Below, piece after piece: positions 7,187-15,806 of a DNA stretch of 53,518 bases (the first letter of the stretch is position 1; each line of letters opens with the position of its first letter). The DNA comes from a bacterium (lineage in GTDB: Bacteria > Acidobacteriota > Blastocatellia > Pyrinomonadales > Pyrinomonadaceae): NCBI GenBank assembly GCA_040003675.1, contig JBDUCC010000001.1, positions 1 through 53,518 on the forward strand, read 5' to 3'. The notes under the pieces were generated by a model. It worked only from the letters and a program-made list of their open reading frames with translations. It was not told the origin of the DNA and did no database searches. The translations under genes and the position numbers were made by a program.

Positions 7187-8095
7187 ATGAAAAACACCAA
7201 CGAAGTCGGCGATCAATTGCGGCTAGACCTTCTGCGCGAGGCGTTGCCTTACATTCAGCGTTTCCAGGGCCAGACCTTCGTCGTAAAACTTTCGGGGAAA
7301 GCTACGGAGGGCCCTGAGAACCTGAGTTCACTTGCTGAAGAGCTGGCGCTGCTGCACCAGGTGGGCATTCGAATCTGCGTCGTGCATGGCGGCGGTAAGC
7401 AGTTATCTGACCTCGCGTCTAAACTCGGAATTGAGCAGACAATCATTGAAGGCCGGCGCGTTACCGACGACGCCACGCTCGAGATGGCCAAGATGATCTT
7501 CGCGGGCAAGATCAATACCGACATCCTGGCAGCTTTGCGCAATCGCGGTATTGAGGCGGTAGGACTTTCCGGCGTGGATGGAAATATTGTGCACGCCGAA
7601 CGGCGGCCGCCGAAAGAGGTCTTGAATCGCGAGACGGGCGAAACTTCGCAAGTGGACTTTGGGCACGTCGGCGACGTCGTTGAAATCAATTCGCGCCTAC
7701 TCTCAGTGCTGTTGAATGAAGGTTACCTGCCCGTTATTTCTTCACTCGGCGCGGATCGGGAAGGAACAGTCTTCAACATCAACGCTGACACCATTGCCGC
7801 GGAAATCGCCATACAGTTAAAAGCTGAAAAGTTAATTCTGCTCTCCGATGTTGATGGAATTTACCTGCGGCCGGGCGAACCTGAAACAAAACTCTCTCGT
7901 CTGACTGCGGCGGAAGCGGACGTTATGATTAAAGATGGCACCGCAATAGGCGGCATGATTCCCAAGCTGCAAAGCATCACCACGCTACTTAGCCGCGGCG
8001 TGCACAGCGCACACATTCTCAGCGGCACGACGCGCAATGCCCTCCTTTCCGAAATCTTCACCGACAGCGGCACGGGCACGATGATCGTCGCCTGA
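7187..8095 (+). CDS. argB: acetylglutamate kinase
   Basis: 302 aa. FVVKLSGKA, VVHGGGKQ and NINADTIAAEIA are typical amino-acid-kinase/ArgB motifs. There is no fused acetyltransferase domain. Confidence 0.9.
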   Translation: MKNTNEVGDQLRLDLLREALPYIQRFQGQTFVVKLSGKATEGPENLSSLAEELALLHQVGIRICVVHGGGKQLSDLASKLGIEQTIIEGRRVTDDATLEMAKMIFAGKINTDILAALRNRGIEAVGLSGVDGNIVHAERRPPKEVLNRETGETSQVDFGHVGDVVEINSRLLSVLLNEGYLPVISSLGADREGTVFNINADTIAAEIAIQLKAEKLILLSDVDGIYLRPGEPETKLSRLTAAEADVMIKDGTAIGGMIPKLQSITTLLSRGVHSAHILSGTTRNALLSEIFTDSGTGTMIVA

Positions 8096-8113
8096 GTACC
8101 TGTTAGTGGGACC

Positions 8114-8137
8114 GCGGGCGTTTCGCCCGCTTTCGTT
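8114..8137 (+). terminator. intrinsic terminator after argB
   Basis: GCGGGCG-ttt-CGCCCGC (7-bp GC stem) is followed by tttcgtt, 19 nt after the argB stop. Confidence 0.7.
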
Positions 8138-8302
8138 GAATGCCACTTTGTAGAAAGCTGAGACACTGACCCACTCCGGAGGGAGCGCGTTGCTTGAGGC
8201 GGGCGAGAACCCCGTGTCCGAGTAGGTTCGATTCCAACTGCATTTGCACCTGCCTTAATTTCTAGTTGACACCACTGACGTACACACCTGAATATCGCAG
8301 AA

Positions 8303-8761
8303 ATGGACAACGAAGCGATAGCGCGCCGCTTTTTTCGTCTCGCGGCGTTAATGGAAATCCGCGGCGATGATCCGTTTCGCCTGCGTTCCTATCGCAACGC
8401 GGGTGAGGCCATCGAAACCTGGCCCACATCGTTAAAACAAATCGCCAAAGACGAAGGTATCGCCGGCTTGCAATCAATTCCCGGGGTGGGCAAAGCAATT
8501 GCCGGAAAGATTGTTGAACTGCTCGAAAAAGGCACCTTCAATGCGTGGGAAAAGATAACGGCGGAAACCCCAGAGAGCGTGTTGGATCTTTTGGAGCTTC
8601 CGGGCGTTGGGCCAAAGACCGCAGCCATGCTTCATCAAAAATTCAAACTGTCTTCGCTTAAAGATCTAAAGAAGTTCGTGGCCGGCGGCGGACTTGATAC
8701 GGCCGACGGTATCGGACCAAAAACAGCGGAGAGAATTAAGGAGAGCCTCGAACTCTTATGA
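8303..8761 (+). CDS. helix-hairpin-helix protein resembling only the N-terminal (8-kDa plus fingers) part of family-X DNA polymerases
   Basis: 152 aa. LMEIRGDDPFRLRSYRNAGEAI, IPGVGKAIAGKI and LPGVGPKTAA (HhH motifs) resemble the PolX N-terminus. No nucleotidyltransferase or PHP domains follow. Confidence 0.6.
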   Translation: MDNEAIARRFFRLAALMEIRGDDPFRLRSYRNAGEAIETWPTSLKQIAKDEGIAGLQSIPGVGKAIAGKIVELLEKGTFNAWEKITAETPESVLDLLELPGVGPKTAAMLHQKFKLSSLKDLKKFVAGGGLDTADGIGPKTAERIKESLELL

Positions 8762-8780
8762 CGAAGGGTACGAGCTAGAA

Positions 8781-8804
8781 GTTCAGAGTCCAAGCTTTAG
8801 GTTG
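8781..8804 (+). repeat. REP-like 24-mer, forward copy
   Basis: gttcagagtccaagctttaggttg. The 3' half forms an imperfect internal palindrome (caagc ttta ggttg). Confidence 0.8.
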
Positions 8805-8850
8805 TCTTAGATCGGGCAGATGCAAGAAGCCTGGTAAGAAGTACGTAGAG

Positions 8851-8871
8851 TAGAGTACAAGCTTCAGCTTG
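8851..8871 (+). repeat. REP-like element, degenerate forward copy
   Basis: tagagtacaagcttcagcttg matches the REP consensus at most positions. Confidence 0.5.
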
Positions 8872-8903
8872 CTGTTATTTTGCTAGGTGAGTAAACCGTC
8901 AAT

Positions 8904-9503
8904 GTGTATCAATGGCGAAAGATGTCGGCGACCGAAAGGAAGGCCGCGCTGGAATTGCGTAAGGCACGCAATCTTCCGTGGCATACACCACCACACCTGG
9001 ACTTTGAAGTCGCAAAGCAATATTTGGTTTCTGCATCGTGCTACGAACACGCTTTAATCATAGGCAAAAATCCTGAAAGAATGACCGAATGTGAATCGGA
9101 AATCCTAAGGCTCTTTCGCGAATTCTGTTCCCGAGTTTATGGGTGGTGCGTACTGCCCAATCATTATCACGCCCTTGTGAGAACGGAGCGAATCAAGGAA
9201 CTGAGGAAAAGCATCGGGCAATTTCATGGTCGCAGCTCCTTCAAATGGAACGGGGAGGATAATTGCAAAGGGCGCCAAGTTTGGTACAACTGTTTTGAGC
9301 GACCGATGAAATCTGAACGACATTTCTTTGCTACTCTGAATTATGTACACAACAATCCGGTGCACCATGGGTAGGTAATGCATTGGCAGGCCTGGCCATG
9401 GTCGAGCGCAGCAGAGTTTCTGGAAAGAGTGGGACACGAGAAGGCAAAAGAAATATGGCTAAGGTATCCTGTTCTGGGGTACGGCAAGAACTGGGATAAA
9501 TAG
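8904..9503 (+). pseudogene. REP-associated tyrosine transposase (RAYT / IS200-like Y1_Tnp) with an in-frame TAG at 9372-9374
   Basis: It has the HUH motif LPNHYHALV and the Tyr motif NYVHNNPVHHG. The track ORF ends at TAG 9372-9374, but the same frame continues as VMHWQAWPWSSAAEF (the family's conserved WPWSS tail) to TAG 9501-9503. Homologues as I recall them have NPVKHGYV, so TAY->TAG is likely. The start could also be ATG 8922. Confidence 0.7.
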
Positions 9504-9536
9504 ATTACATGGAACGACTACTCTAATGAAACATCG

Positions 9537-9560
9537 CAAACTAAAGTTTGTACTCTGAAC
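9537..9560 (-). repeat. REP-like 24-mer, reverse copy
   Basis: caaactaaagtttgtactctgaac is the reverse complement of GTTCAGAGTACAAACTTTAGTTTG. Confidence 0.8.
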
Positions 9561-9576
9561 TATTTGAGTGAACCTT

Positions 9577-10713
9577 ATGAAAAAGATAAAGAGGCGCGAC
9601 TTTATGCGCACGACCGGGGCTGCCGGCTTAACGTTGGCTGCGACTAATTCCAACGCACTTGGTTTTCCAAACATACTGTCGCGGGCCGCCGTTAAGCCGC
9701 TGGTCATCGCCTCCTCAAACGGCAACGTGTACAAGAACGGCGGCGATATGACCGCTGTGCAAAAAGCGTTCACAATGATCGCGCAGGGCGCCGACGTGCT
9801 TGATGCTGTCATCGCTGGGGTGAACATCGTCGAACTCGATCCGCTTGACGATAGTGTAGGTTACGGTGGGCAGCCCAATGCGGATGGTGTCGTTCAGCTC
9901 GATGCCTGTTGCATGCATGGTCCAAAGAAACGCGCCGGCGGTGTGGCGGCGCTTGAAGGGGTGCGCACGCCCTCGCTGGTGGCCAAAGCAGTCATGGAGA
10001 ACACCGATCATCACCTGATCGTGGGCAAAGGCGCGCAGGAGTTTGCGCGCAACATGGGTTTCAAAATTGAAGACGATCTGAACACGGAAAATTCGCGCCG
10101 GAAGTGGTTGGAATGGAAACGAAAGATAGATCCCGAACATTATCTCGATCCGAAGAAACGTGCCGAAGCCGGAAGACGCGCCACGATGGAGATGCTGGCC
10201 GAGGGTCGAATCCGGGAAGAAAATCTTCACGGCACAATCAACTGCAACGGCATAAATGCTAAAGGTGAGATTTCCGGCGTGACGACCACCAGCGGTTTGT
10301 CCTGGAAGATGCCGGGGCGTGTTGGCGACTCACCAATTCTCGGCGCCGGTCTCTATGTTGACGGAGAAGTCGGCGCAGCCGGATCGACCGGGCGTGGTGA
10401 AGCGAATCTATATGGTCTCTGCTCGTTCCTGATTGTCGAGGAAATGCGCCGGGGCAAGCATCCAAAGGATGCGGGGATGGCAGCGCTTAGAAGAATTAAA
10501 GCAAACACTTATGAAAAGCGCTTGCTCAAACGCGACGGCAATCCAAATTTTTACGTCAAGTTCTACATCCTCAACGCACGCGGAGAATATGCAGGCGTCG
10601 CAATGTATGAACTGGGTGACGATGGCAAGAGAGCCACGTTTGCAATCTGTAGCGACAATGGACCGCAGAACCTGCCATTCGAAGCGCTGCTGCCAGGCAA
10701 GCACAGTGACTAG
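9577..10713 (+). CDS. TAT-exported Ntn-hydrolase, glycosylasparaginase / isoaspartyl peptidase family
   Basis: It has the twin-arginine signal MKKIKRRDFMRTTGAAGLTLAA. HGTI and TTTSGLSWKMPGRVGDSPILGAGLYVD are typical of the asparaginase-2 family. ATG 9577 is preferred over GTG 9568. Confidence 0.75.
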   Translation: MKKIKRRDFMRTTGAAGLTLAATNSNALGFPNILSRAAVKPLVIASSNGNVYKNGGDMTAVQKAFTMIAQGADVLDAVIAGVNIVELDPLDDSVGYGGQPNADGVVQLDACCMHGPKKRAGGVAALEGVRTPSLVAKAVMENTDHHLIVGKGAQEFARNMGFKIEDDLNTENSRRKWLEWKRKIDPEHYLDPKKRAEAGRRATMEMLAEGRIREENLHGTINCNGINAKGEISGVTTTSGLSWKMPGRVGDSPILGAGLYVDGEVGAAGSTGRGEANLYGLCSFLIVEEMRRGKHPKDAGMAALRRIKANTYEKRLLKRDGNPNFYVKFYILNARGEYAGVAMYELGDDGKRATFAICSDNGPQNLPFEALLPGKHSD

Positions 10714-10720
10714 CGAATTA

Positions 10721-12463
10721 TTAGCGCATTACCGCCGCCACCGAACCACTGCTGGCAGCTGACCGCCTCGCTTCGGTCTGACGCTTGACGATAACTAGAG
10801 TGATGTCGTCGGCAGCTTGAGTGCCTTGTGAGAACTTGGTTAACGCTGATTCGATGCGATCGCGAATTCCCGCCGCCGAGGCATCGACGTTGCGCGAAAC
10901 CGTTTCATAAAGCCGCGTTGGACCAAACTCTTCCCCGGTTGGACTCGCTGCTTCCGTAACACCATCCGAATAGATCACCAGCACGTCGCCCAGTTGCATC
11001 TGCGTGCGTCCCTCGCGGTACTCCGCGTCTCGTTTAATGCCCAAAGGCAAACCGCCTGAAGCCAACTGCTCGACCGTACCGGCGGCGTGAACAATCAACG
11101 GCGGGTTGTGACCGGCATTAAGGAAAGATAAGGCGCCCGATTCGGGATCCAACTCGGCATAGAAGAGAGTGACAAATCGATTCGGCGGTATGTTGTCAGC
11201 GAGATAACGATTAACCGCAGAGATCGTTTCCACGAGGGTGTCGTGTGAGCCCGTTTGCGCGTGAATCGCGGCATGAAGCGACGACATTAGCAACGCAGCG
11301 GCAGTTCCCTTGCCCGAGACGTCGCCTAGCGCAATTACCAATCGTCCGTCTTCACGTTTTATGAAGTCGTAATAGTCGCCGCCAATTTCATAGCAGGGGA
11401 AACTAATACCCTGAAGTTCATAACCAAATAGTTGTGGCGGCGCTGTCGGCTGAAACCGCTGCTGAATCTCCATGGCAAGTTGTAGTTCGCGTTCGAGCCG
11501 CTCCTGTTGCAATCGTGCCTCACCCAGCCGCGCATTCTCTACCCGAATCGCAGCCACGGACGCCAGCGTAGTCAAAACTTTTAAGTGATCTTCGGTGAAC
11601 CGACCTTCAGCGATTGGCGAGTCTGCGTAGACGATGCCAAAAACTTTTTCTGAAACACCGAGCGGCACCGCCAGAACGGATCGCACTCCTTGCAGCACCA
11701 TGGTGCCACTGGCGAAGCGGGGATCGTGTTGCGCGTCTGACGTTAGTACCGACTTGCCGCGCATCATCACTTCGTCCATTACATTGCGGCTGACCCGAAT
11801 CTCGCCGACTTCGCCGACGCGATCACGCAGGCGCGCGACGGCAACTTTCAATTCCTCGCTGCCTTCCTCCCGCATCATTAACAGGCAACGATCCGCGGGT
11901 ACAGCTTCAAACACCAGGGAGACGATCTGTTCGAGCGTTTCGTTGAGAGTCGTGGCCGCAAGCAGCGTGACTCCCACTTTGCTGATCAGCGCCAGCAGGT
12001 CGCCTTCACGCTCGACACGTGCGGCGGCAATTTCTTCCGGCTTGGTGCGCGCGCCTTCGATCGCTTCCAGCAGACCAGACGTCGTGCGATCACCCGAGGG
12101 CAAAGCAATGGTCGCTTCCGGCAACGGCGTGTGGTTGTCGGTGATCATGGTCGCGCCCATGCCCGAGTTGTAGGTGCCGTCATCAAAAACGATTTCGGTT
12201 TCACCGATTTGTATGCGACCGCCAGGGGTCAGGGGCACGGTGCCTTCAACCGTGCCGCCGTTGTAGAGAGTGCCGTTTGCTGAACCAAGATCCTGAAGAA
12301 AATATTCTTCACCCTCGCGGCGCACTTCCGCATGCACGCGAGATGCAAACGGATCGGGAATGCAGAGGTCGTTGCGCGCTGAGCGGCCGAGCGTGATTCG
12401 CAGTCGTCCAAGCGGAAAACGGTCCGGGGCGCGATCGGGATATTTGACTATTAACTCAGGCAT
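10721..12463 (-). CDS. FHA-GAF-PP2C (SpoIIE-type) protein serine/threonine phosphatase
   Basis: 580 aa. The N-terminal FHA is RITLGRSARNDLCIPDPFASRVHAEV...LGSANGT. A central GAF-like region is followed by a C-terminal PPM domain (GDYYDF, GDVSGKG, YSDGVTE). Confidence 0.8.
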   Translation of the reverse strand: MPELIVKYPDRAPDRFPLGRLRITLGRSARNDLCIPDPFASRVHAEVRREGEEYFLQDLGSANGTLYNGGTVEGTVPLTPGGRIQIGETEIVFDDGTYNSGMGATMITDNHTPLPEATIALPSGDRTTSGLLEAIEGARTKPEEIAAARVEREGDLLALISKVGVTLLAATTLNETLEQIVSLVFEAVPADRCLLMMREEGSEELKVAVARLRDRVGEVGEIRVSRNVMDEVMMRGKSVLTSDAQHDPRFASGTMVLQGVRSVLAVPLGVSEKVFGIVYADSPIAEGRFTEDHLKVLTTLASVAAIRVENARLGEARLQQERLERELQLAMEIQQRFQPTAPPQLFGYELQGISFPCYEIGGDYYDFIKREDGRLVIALGDVSGKGTAAALLMSSLHAAIHAQTGSHDTLVETISAVNRYLADNIPPNRFVTLFYAELDPESGALSFLNAGHNPPLIVHAAGTVEQLASGGLPLGIKRDAEYREGRTQMQLGDVLVIYSDGVTEAASPTGEEFGPTRLYETVSRNVDASAAGIRDRIESALTKFSQGTQAADDITLVIVKRQTEARRSAASSGSVAAVMR

Positions 12464-12499
12464 TCTTGATACCGGTTTTTGGTTTTGGGTCTTTGGTTC

Positions 12500-13021
12500 T
12501 TACGCTCGGCGACTTCGATTCTCAACTATTACGGTTCCTTCGCGCACGACAATTGTTCCAGCGATAAGATCATGCAGGCCGCGACCCCGTGCGTTGAGGG
12601 CGGCAATGATGAATCCCAGGCCCAACATAATGGCCGACAAAGGATAGCCTACGAAATGACGCAGAAACGCGCGTCCAATCCCTAATTCGGTACCATCGTT
12701 TCGCAAAATGCGCAGGCCGGTGGCCCATTTACCAATCGTCAAGCCGGTGAGCCCGGGAAGAACTCCCAGGTCAAGGGCGGCCACCACTAGCGAAAGAAAA
12801 ATCCCAACGCTTTCCGAAGAGCTTCCAGCTGAGCGCGCACCGCCACCAAGTAATCTGCTGATTAGCGTACTAAACGCCAAAATTGCGACCAGCACTATGT
12901 AGTCGATCAGAATCGCACCGCAGCGCAAAGAAAATGGCGCGCGAATTCTGGCGAGATTTTGTACGGGAGGGCCGGGCTTTACGCTTCTTTGCACGGCAAC
13001 TGTTTCAGCGGCAGCGGTCAT
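12500..13021 (-). CDS. RDD family membrane protein
   Basis: 173 aa with hydrophobic segments and a typical RDD-domain pattern (APFSLRCGAILIDYIV, GKWATGLRI, HDLIAGTIVV). Confidence 0.7.
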   Translation of the reverse strand: MTAAAETVAVQRSVKPGPPVQNLARIRAPFSLRCGAILIDYIVLVAILAFSTLISRLLGGGARSAGSSSESVGIFLSLVVAALDLGVLPGLTGLTIGKWATGLRILRNDGTELGIGRAFLRHFVGYPLSAIMLGLGFIIAALNARGRGLHDLIAGTIVVREGTVIVENRSRRA

Positions 13022-13024
13022 TGT

Positions 13025-13156
13025 TCAGAAGTCAGAAGTCAGAAGTCAGAAGTCAGAAGTTAGAATAACTCAGGTGTTGGCTGTCAGTTGTCAATTCTTA
13101 GCAGAAAACGCGTCACGCTTCTGAACTGACCTCTGACCTCTGACTTCTGACCTCTG
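13025..13156. repeat. hairpin of inverted heptamer arrays (tcagaag / cttctga, gacctct) between the kinase and RDD genes
   Basis: 13025-13066 holds tcagaag x5 plus ttagaat. 13118-13156 reads cttctgaactgacctctgacctctgacttctgacctctg. Confidence 0.9.
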
Positions 13157-13163
13157 CCTTTTA

Positions 13164-14774
13164 TTATCCCAAAAGAAAATGCAGCGTTGTTTCTCCCAGC
13201 CGGATCTTGTCGCCGCTGTCCAACACGCGCGGTTGGCGCGGCGCCAGTCTCACTGAATCGTTAATCACAGTGCCGTTAACCGAACCCAGATCTTCTACCA
13301 GAAACGTTTCGCCTTCGCGCCAGATGCGCGCGTGCCGGCGGGAAACTTTTGTTTCCGGATCGAACCGCGAAAGATCAATTTCCGGGAAAACATTTGAATG
13401 CGGATCGGTGCGGCCCACCAGGTTGTTGTCTTTTTGCAGCACAAACGAGGCATCAAGTTCGGTGGTGCCGGCTACAACAAGTTTTGCTGTCTGCCGGGCG
13501 GCGTTTAGCGCGGCGCTCGAGCCTGCGCCGGCCATTGGTTGACGCGCGCCGCAGTGCGCACAGAAAACATCGTCGGCTGCAATCCGGCCGCCGCAAAACC
13601 CGCAGAAAACTGTTTGCACCTGCGTAGTCTCACCGCCCACTTGCGCGCCTGGTCCGTAGGTAACCTGTCCGCTCATCAATTTTTCCAGATGAGTGGCCAG
13701 TGCGTCGCGCATCTGGCCGGCGGACGCGAAACGATCTTCCGGTTTGTACTCGACCGAACGCATCAGGATCTGTTCCATCTCGCTGGAGATCGACGGCGCT
13801 ATCTGGCGCGGCCGCGGATTTTTTTGAAAGTCAAAAATCAAAAGCGGGTTGTCCTGCGGATCGGACCCGCTGATGAGGTGAAACATCGTCGCACCCAAAC
13901 TATAAACGTCGGAGCGCGGCTCGACTCGGCCACCGAAGAGTTCGGGCGGCGCGTAACCCATCGTGCCCACTGCGGTCACGCCCTTCTCTTCCTGTTTCAC
14001 CCAACGAGCAATGCCAAAATCGATCAGCATCACGCGGCCGGTGTTGCCGTCTATCATCAAGTTTGCTGGTTTCAAGTCACGATAGATGATTGGCTTCGGT
14101 CGCGTGTGCAGATAATGCAGCACGTCCGCTGTCTGCATGCCCCAATCGGCAACAGTTTTCTCGTCAACTTTTCCACCGGGCGCACTTCTCAGCCGCGAAG
14201 CCAGGTCGCCACCGGCGATGAACTTCATCACCAAATAAAATCGCCCGAGCTTCTCGTCATAAAAATAATCATAGACGGTGGGAATCGATGGGTGTTCCAG
14301 CGAAGTCAACAACAACGACTCGCGTTTGAAATCGGCGATCGCCTTTTCGTGCTGCACCGGATCCAGATGCGCTTCAACCATCTCTTTGACGGCCCGGGGC
14401 GCATCGCCGAGGTTGCGGTCCTTGGCGAGATAAACCGCGCCCATACCGCCACCGCCAATGCGACGCACAATTTCGTAGCGACTGTTCAGGACACTGCCAG
14501 GATCGAGTTGCTTTACTGCCGGTTGACGCCCGCCGGTGGTGCCCTTCTTAACGGTGTGTTTTACGAGCGGCGGTACATCTACGGTGGAGTTTCCGCCAAG
14601 GGAGGCCGACGAAAGCGGCCCGCTCACATCTTCGAGGGTTTCTTGCTCAGAGGGAGAATCGTCGGCTGGTATTTCTGCCGCCGCAGAAGTTTTCGCAGGT
14701 TGTTGCGTGCCGCAGTTGCGGCAGAAGCTTTCACCCGGCGTTACCGGCGTTCCACATTCGAGACACTCTGCCAT
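13164..14774 (-). CDS. Ser/Thr protein kinase with N-terminal zinc ribbon, internal zinc ribbon and C-terminal FHA domain
   Basis: 536 aa. Zinc ribbon CLECGTPV...CRNCG; Hanks kinase motifs GGGGMGAVY, AVKEM, YRDLKPANLMI, DFGIAR, GYAPPE; second ribbon CGFCGG...CAHCG; C-terminal FHA (VGRTDP...SRRHARI...LGSVNGT). Confidence 0.9.
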   Translation of the reverse strand: MAECLECGTPVTPGESFCRNCGTQQPAKTSAAAEIPADDSPSEQETLEDVSGPLSSASLGGNSTVDVPPLVKHTVKKGTTGGRQPAVKQLDPGSVLNSRYEIVRRIGGGGMGAVYLAKDRNLGDAPRAVKEMVEAHLDPVQHEKAIADFKRESLLLTSLEHPSIPTVYDYFYDEKLGRFYLVMKFIAGGDLASRLRSAPGGKVDEKTVADWGMQTADVLHYLHTRPKPIIYRDLKPANLMIDGNTGRVMLIDFGIARWVKQEEKGVTAVGTMGYAPPELFGGRVEPRSDVYSLGATMFHLISGSDPQDNPLLIFDFQKNPRPRQIAPSISSEMEQILMRSVEYKPEDRFASAGQMRDALATHLEKLMSGQVTYGPGAQVGGETTQVQTVFCGFCGGRIAADDVFCAHCGARQPMAGAGSSAALNAARQTAKLVVAGTTELDASFVLQKDNNLVGRTDPHSNVFPEIDLSRFDPETKVSRRHARIWREGETFLVEDLGSVNGTVINDSVRLAPRQPRVLDSGDKIRLGETTLHFLLG

Positions 14775-14834
14775 TTATTCAGAACCTATTCCCGATAAAG
14801 CGTTCAGTTCCTTGTTAACGTTCCAATAGCCGGA

Positions 14835-15437
14835 TTATTTAACCAGGCGGAAGCGGAGAAAAGTCTTTCCCACGATAATCTCATCGCCATCCTTAAGGGC
14901 CTGGCGCGTCCCGGGCGATAGTCTTTTGCCGCGGTTTATGAAAGTACCATTCGTCGAGCCCAGGTCTTCCAATAAATACTGGCCATCGCGAAACGTGATG
15001 CGCGCGTGACGCCGCGACACCTTCGCTTCGGGATCGTCCGTATCCAAATCCACGTCCGGGAAAATTCCGCCATCAGCATCCCAGCGTCCAATTTGCGATT
15101 CAGCCCCGCTTAACAGGAACTGTTTACCAGCCGATTTTCCACGCTCGATAACTAGTTTGGCGTGCGGCTGGTCGCTTGAGGCATGCGACGACGAAAGATT
15201 CACCGCTGCGGCCGCCTTGCCGGCAGCCTCGGGTTGCGGCGCGGCAACTGGGGCGCGCGATCCGTTTTGACCGTCAGCATCGGGTTTCAAATTGGCAATA
15301 TTCCCCGGTGCATTCCCTGGCGCCTTCCCAGCGGCGTTGGGGCGCGAATTCGAGTTAGGTCTTAAAGCCGCTCCGCATTCGTCGCAATATTGCGAACCGT
15401 CGAGGTTCTCGGTTTTACACCTTTCACACGTAATCAT
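14835..15437 (-). CDS. zinc-ribbon plus FHA domain protein
   Basis: 200 aa. It has CERCKTEN...CDECG, a low-complexity linker, and an FHA domain (IGRWDAD...SRRHARI...LGSTNGT). Confidence 0.85.
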   Translation of the reverse strand: MITCERCKTENLDGSQYCDECGAALRPNSNSRPNAAGKAPGNAPGNIANLKPDADGQNGSRAPVAAPQPEAAGKAAAAVNLSSSHASSDQPHAKLVIERGKSAGKQFLLSGAESQIGRWDADGGIFPDVDLDTDDPEAKVSRRHARITFRDGQYLLEDLGSTNGTFINRGKRLSPGTRQALKDGDEIIVGKTFLRFRLVK

Positions 15438-15806
15438 CGTTTTTCAGAGGTTTGCGACTCGCAGCCAATTCGCGATAGATTCTCAATCTGGACGGCCAGG
15501 ACATACAAAGTTTTACGGGTCATTCTATCCCGAAACTATTGGCCTCGCCAATCTTGCAGCTTCTAACGCTGGTGTAACGCGGCGTATGATGCTGGCAATG
15601 TAACCTCAAGCGGGCGACTCGGAAACGGCGTAGCGTGGATATCTTTCCAGAGCACTAAAACTCCGTATAATTGAAACTGTTTACAGCTTTTCGACGTAAG
15701 AATTACTCGAACCAAATTGGTTTTCGGATCGGCCCATTTTTGTGCAAGATTATTACCTCGTTAGCAAAAAAAAAGAATCCCAACCCCCTGAGCGAAGGAA
15801 GAAGTT

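Larger units (their letters stand above)
8781..9560 (+). mobile_element. REP-flanked RAYT-like unit (Y1/HUH transposase gene bracketed by inverted REP-like 24-mers)
   Basis: A Y1 transposase-like ORF has two forward 24-mers upstream and one reverse-oriented copy downstream. The consensus is GTTCAGAGTMCAARCTTTAGKTTG. Confidence 0.6.

Noticed and set aside
7096-7317. Small ORFs made of periodic peptides (for example MLRPRPTRNSKLETRNSKL.. here, 12883-13068, 23723-23926, and the N-terminal part of 44442-44822)
   Set aside because: They are translations of the heptamer arrays and their loops. The 7-residue periodicity reflects DNA repeats, not protein-coding selection.
8190-8262. T-loop-like GGTTCGATTCC (8225-8235) followed by ..gcacc, suggesting a tRNA, tmRNA 3' end or att-site remnant
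   Set aside because: I could not fold a cloverleaf. The T-stem has a mismatch (gtagg/ccaac), there is no complementary acceptor 5' strand within tRNA distance, no CCA-compatible end, and no anticodon arm. At most it is a degraded fragment, so no RNA gene was called.
13539-14798. 419-aa ORF on the + strand
   Set aside because: It lies entirely antisense to the well-supported Ser/Thr kinase gene. Its composition is Arg/His-rich and low-complexity, with no recognisable motifs. It is a shadow ORF typical of GC-rich coding DNA.
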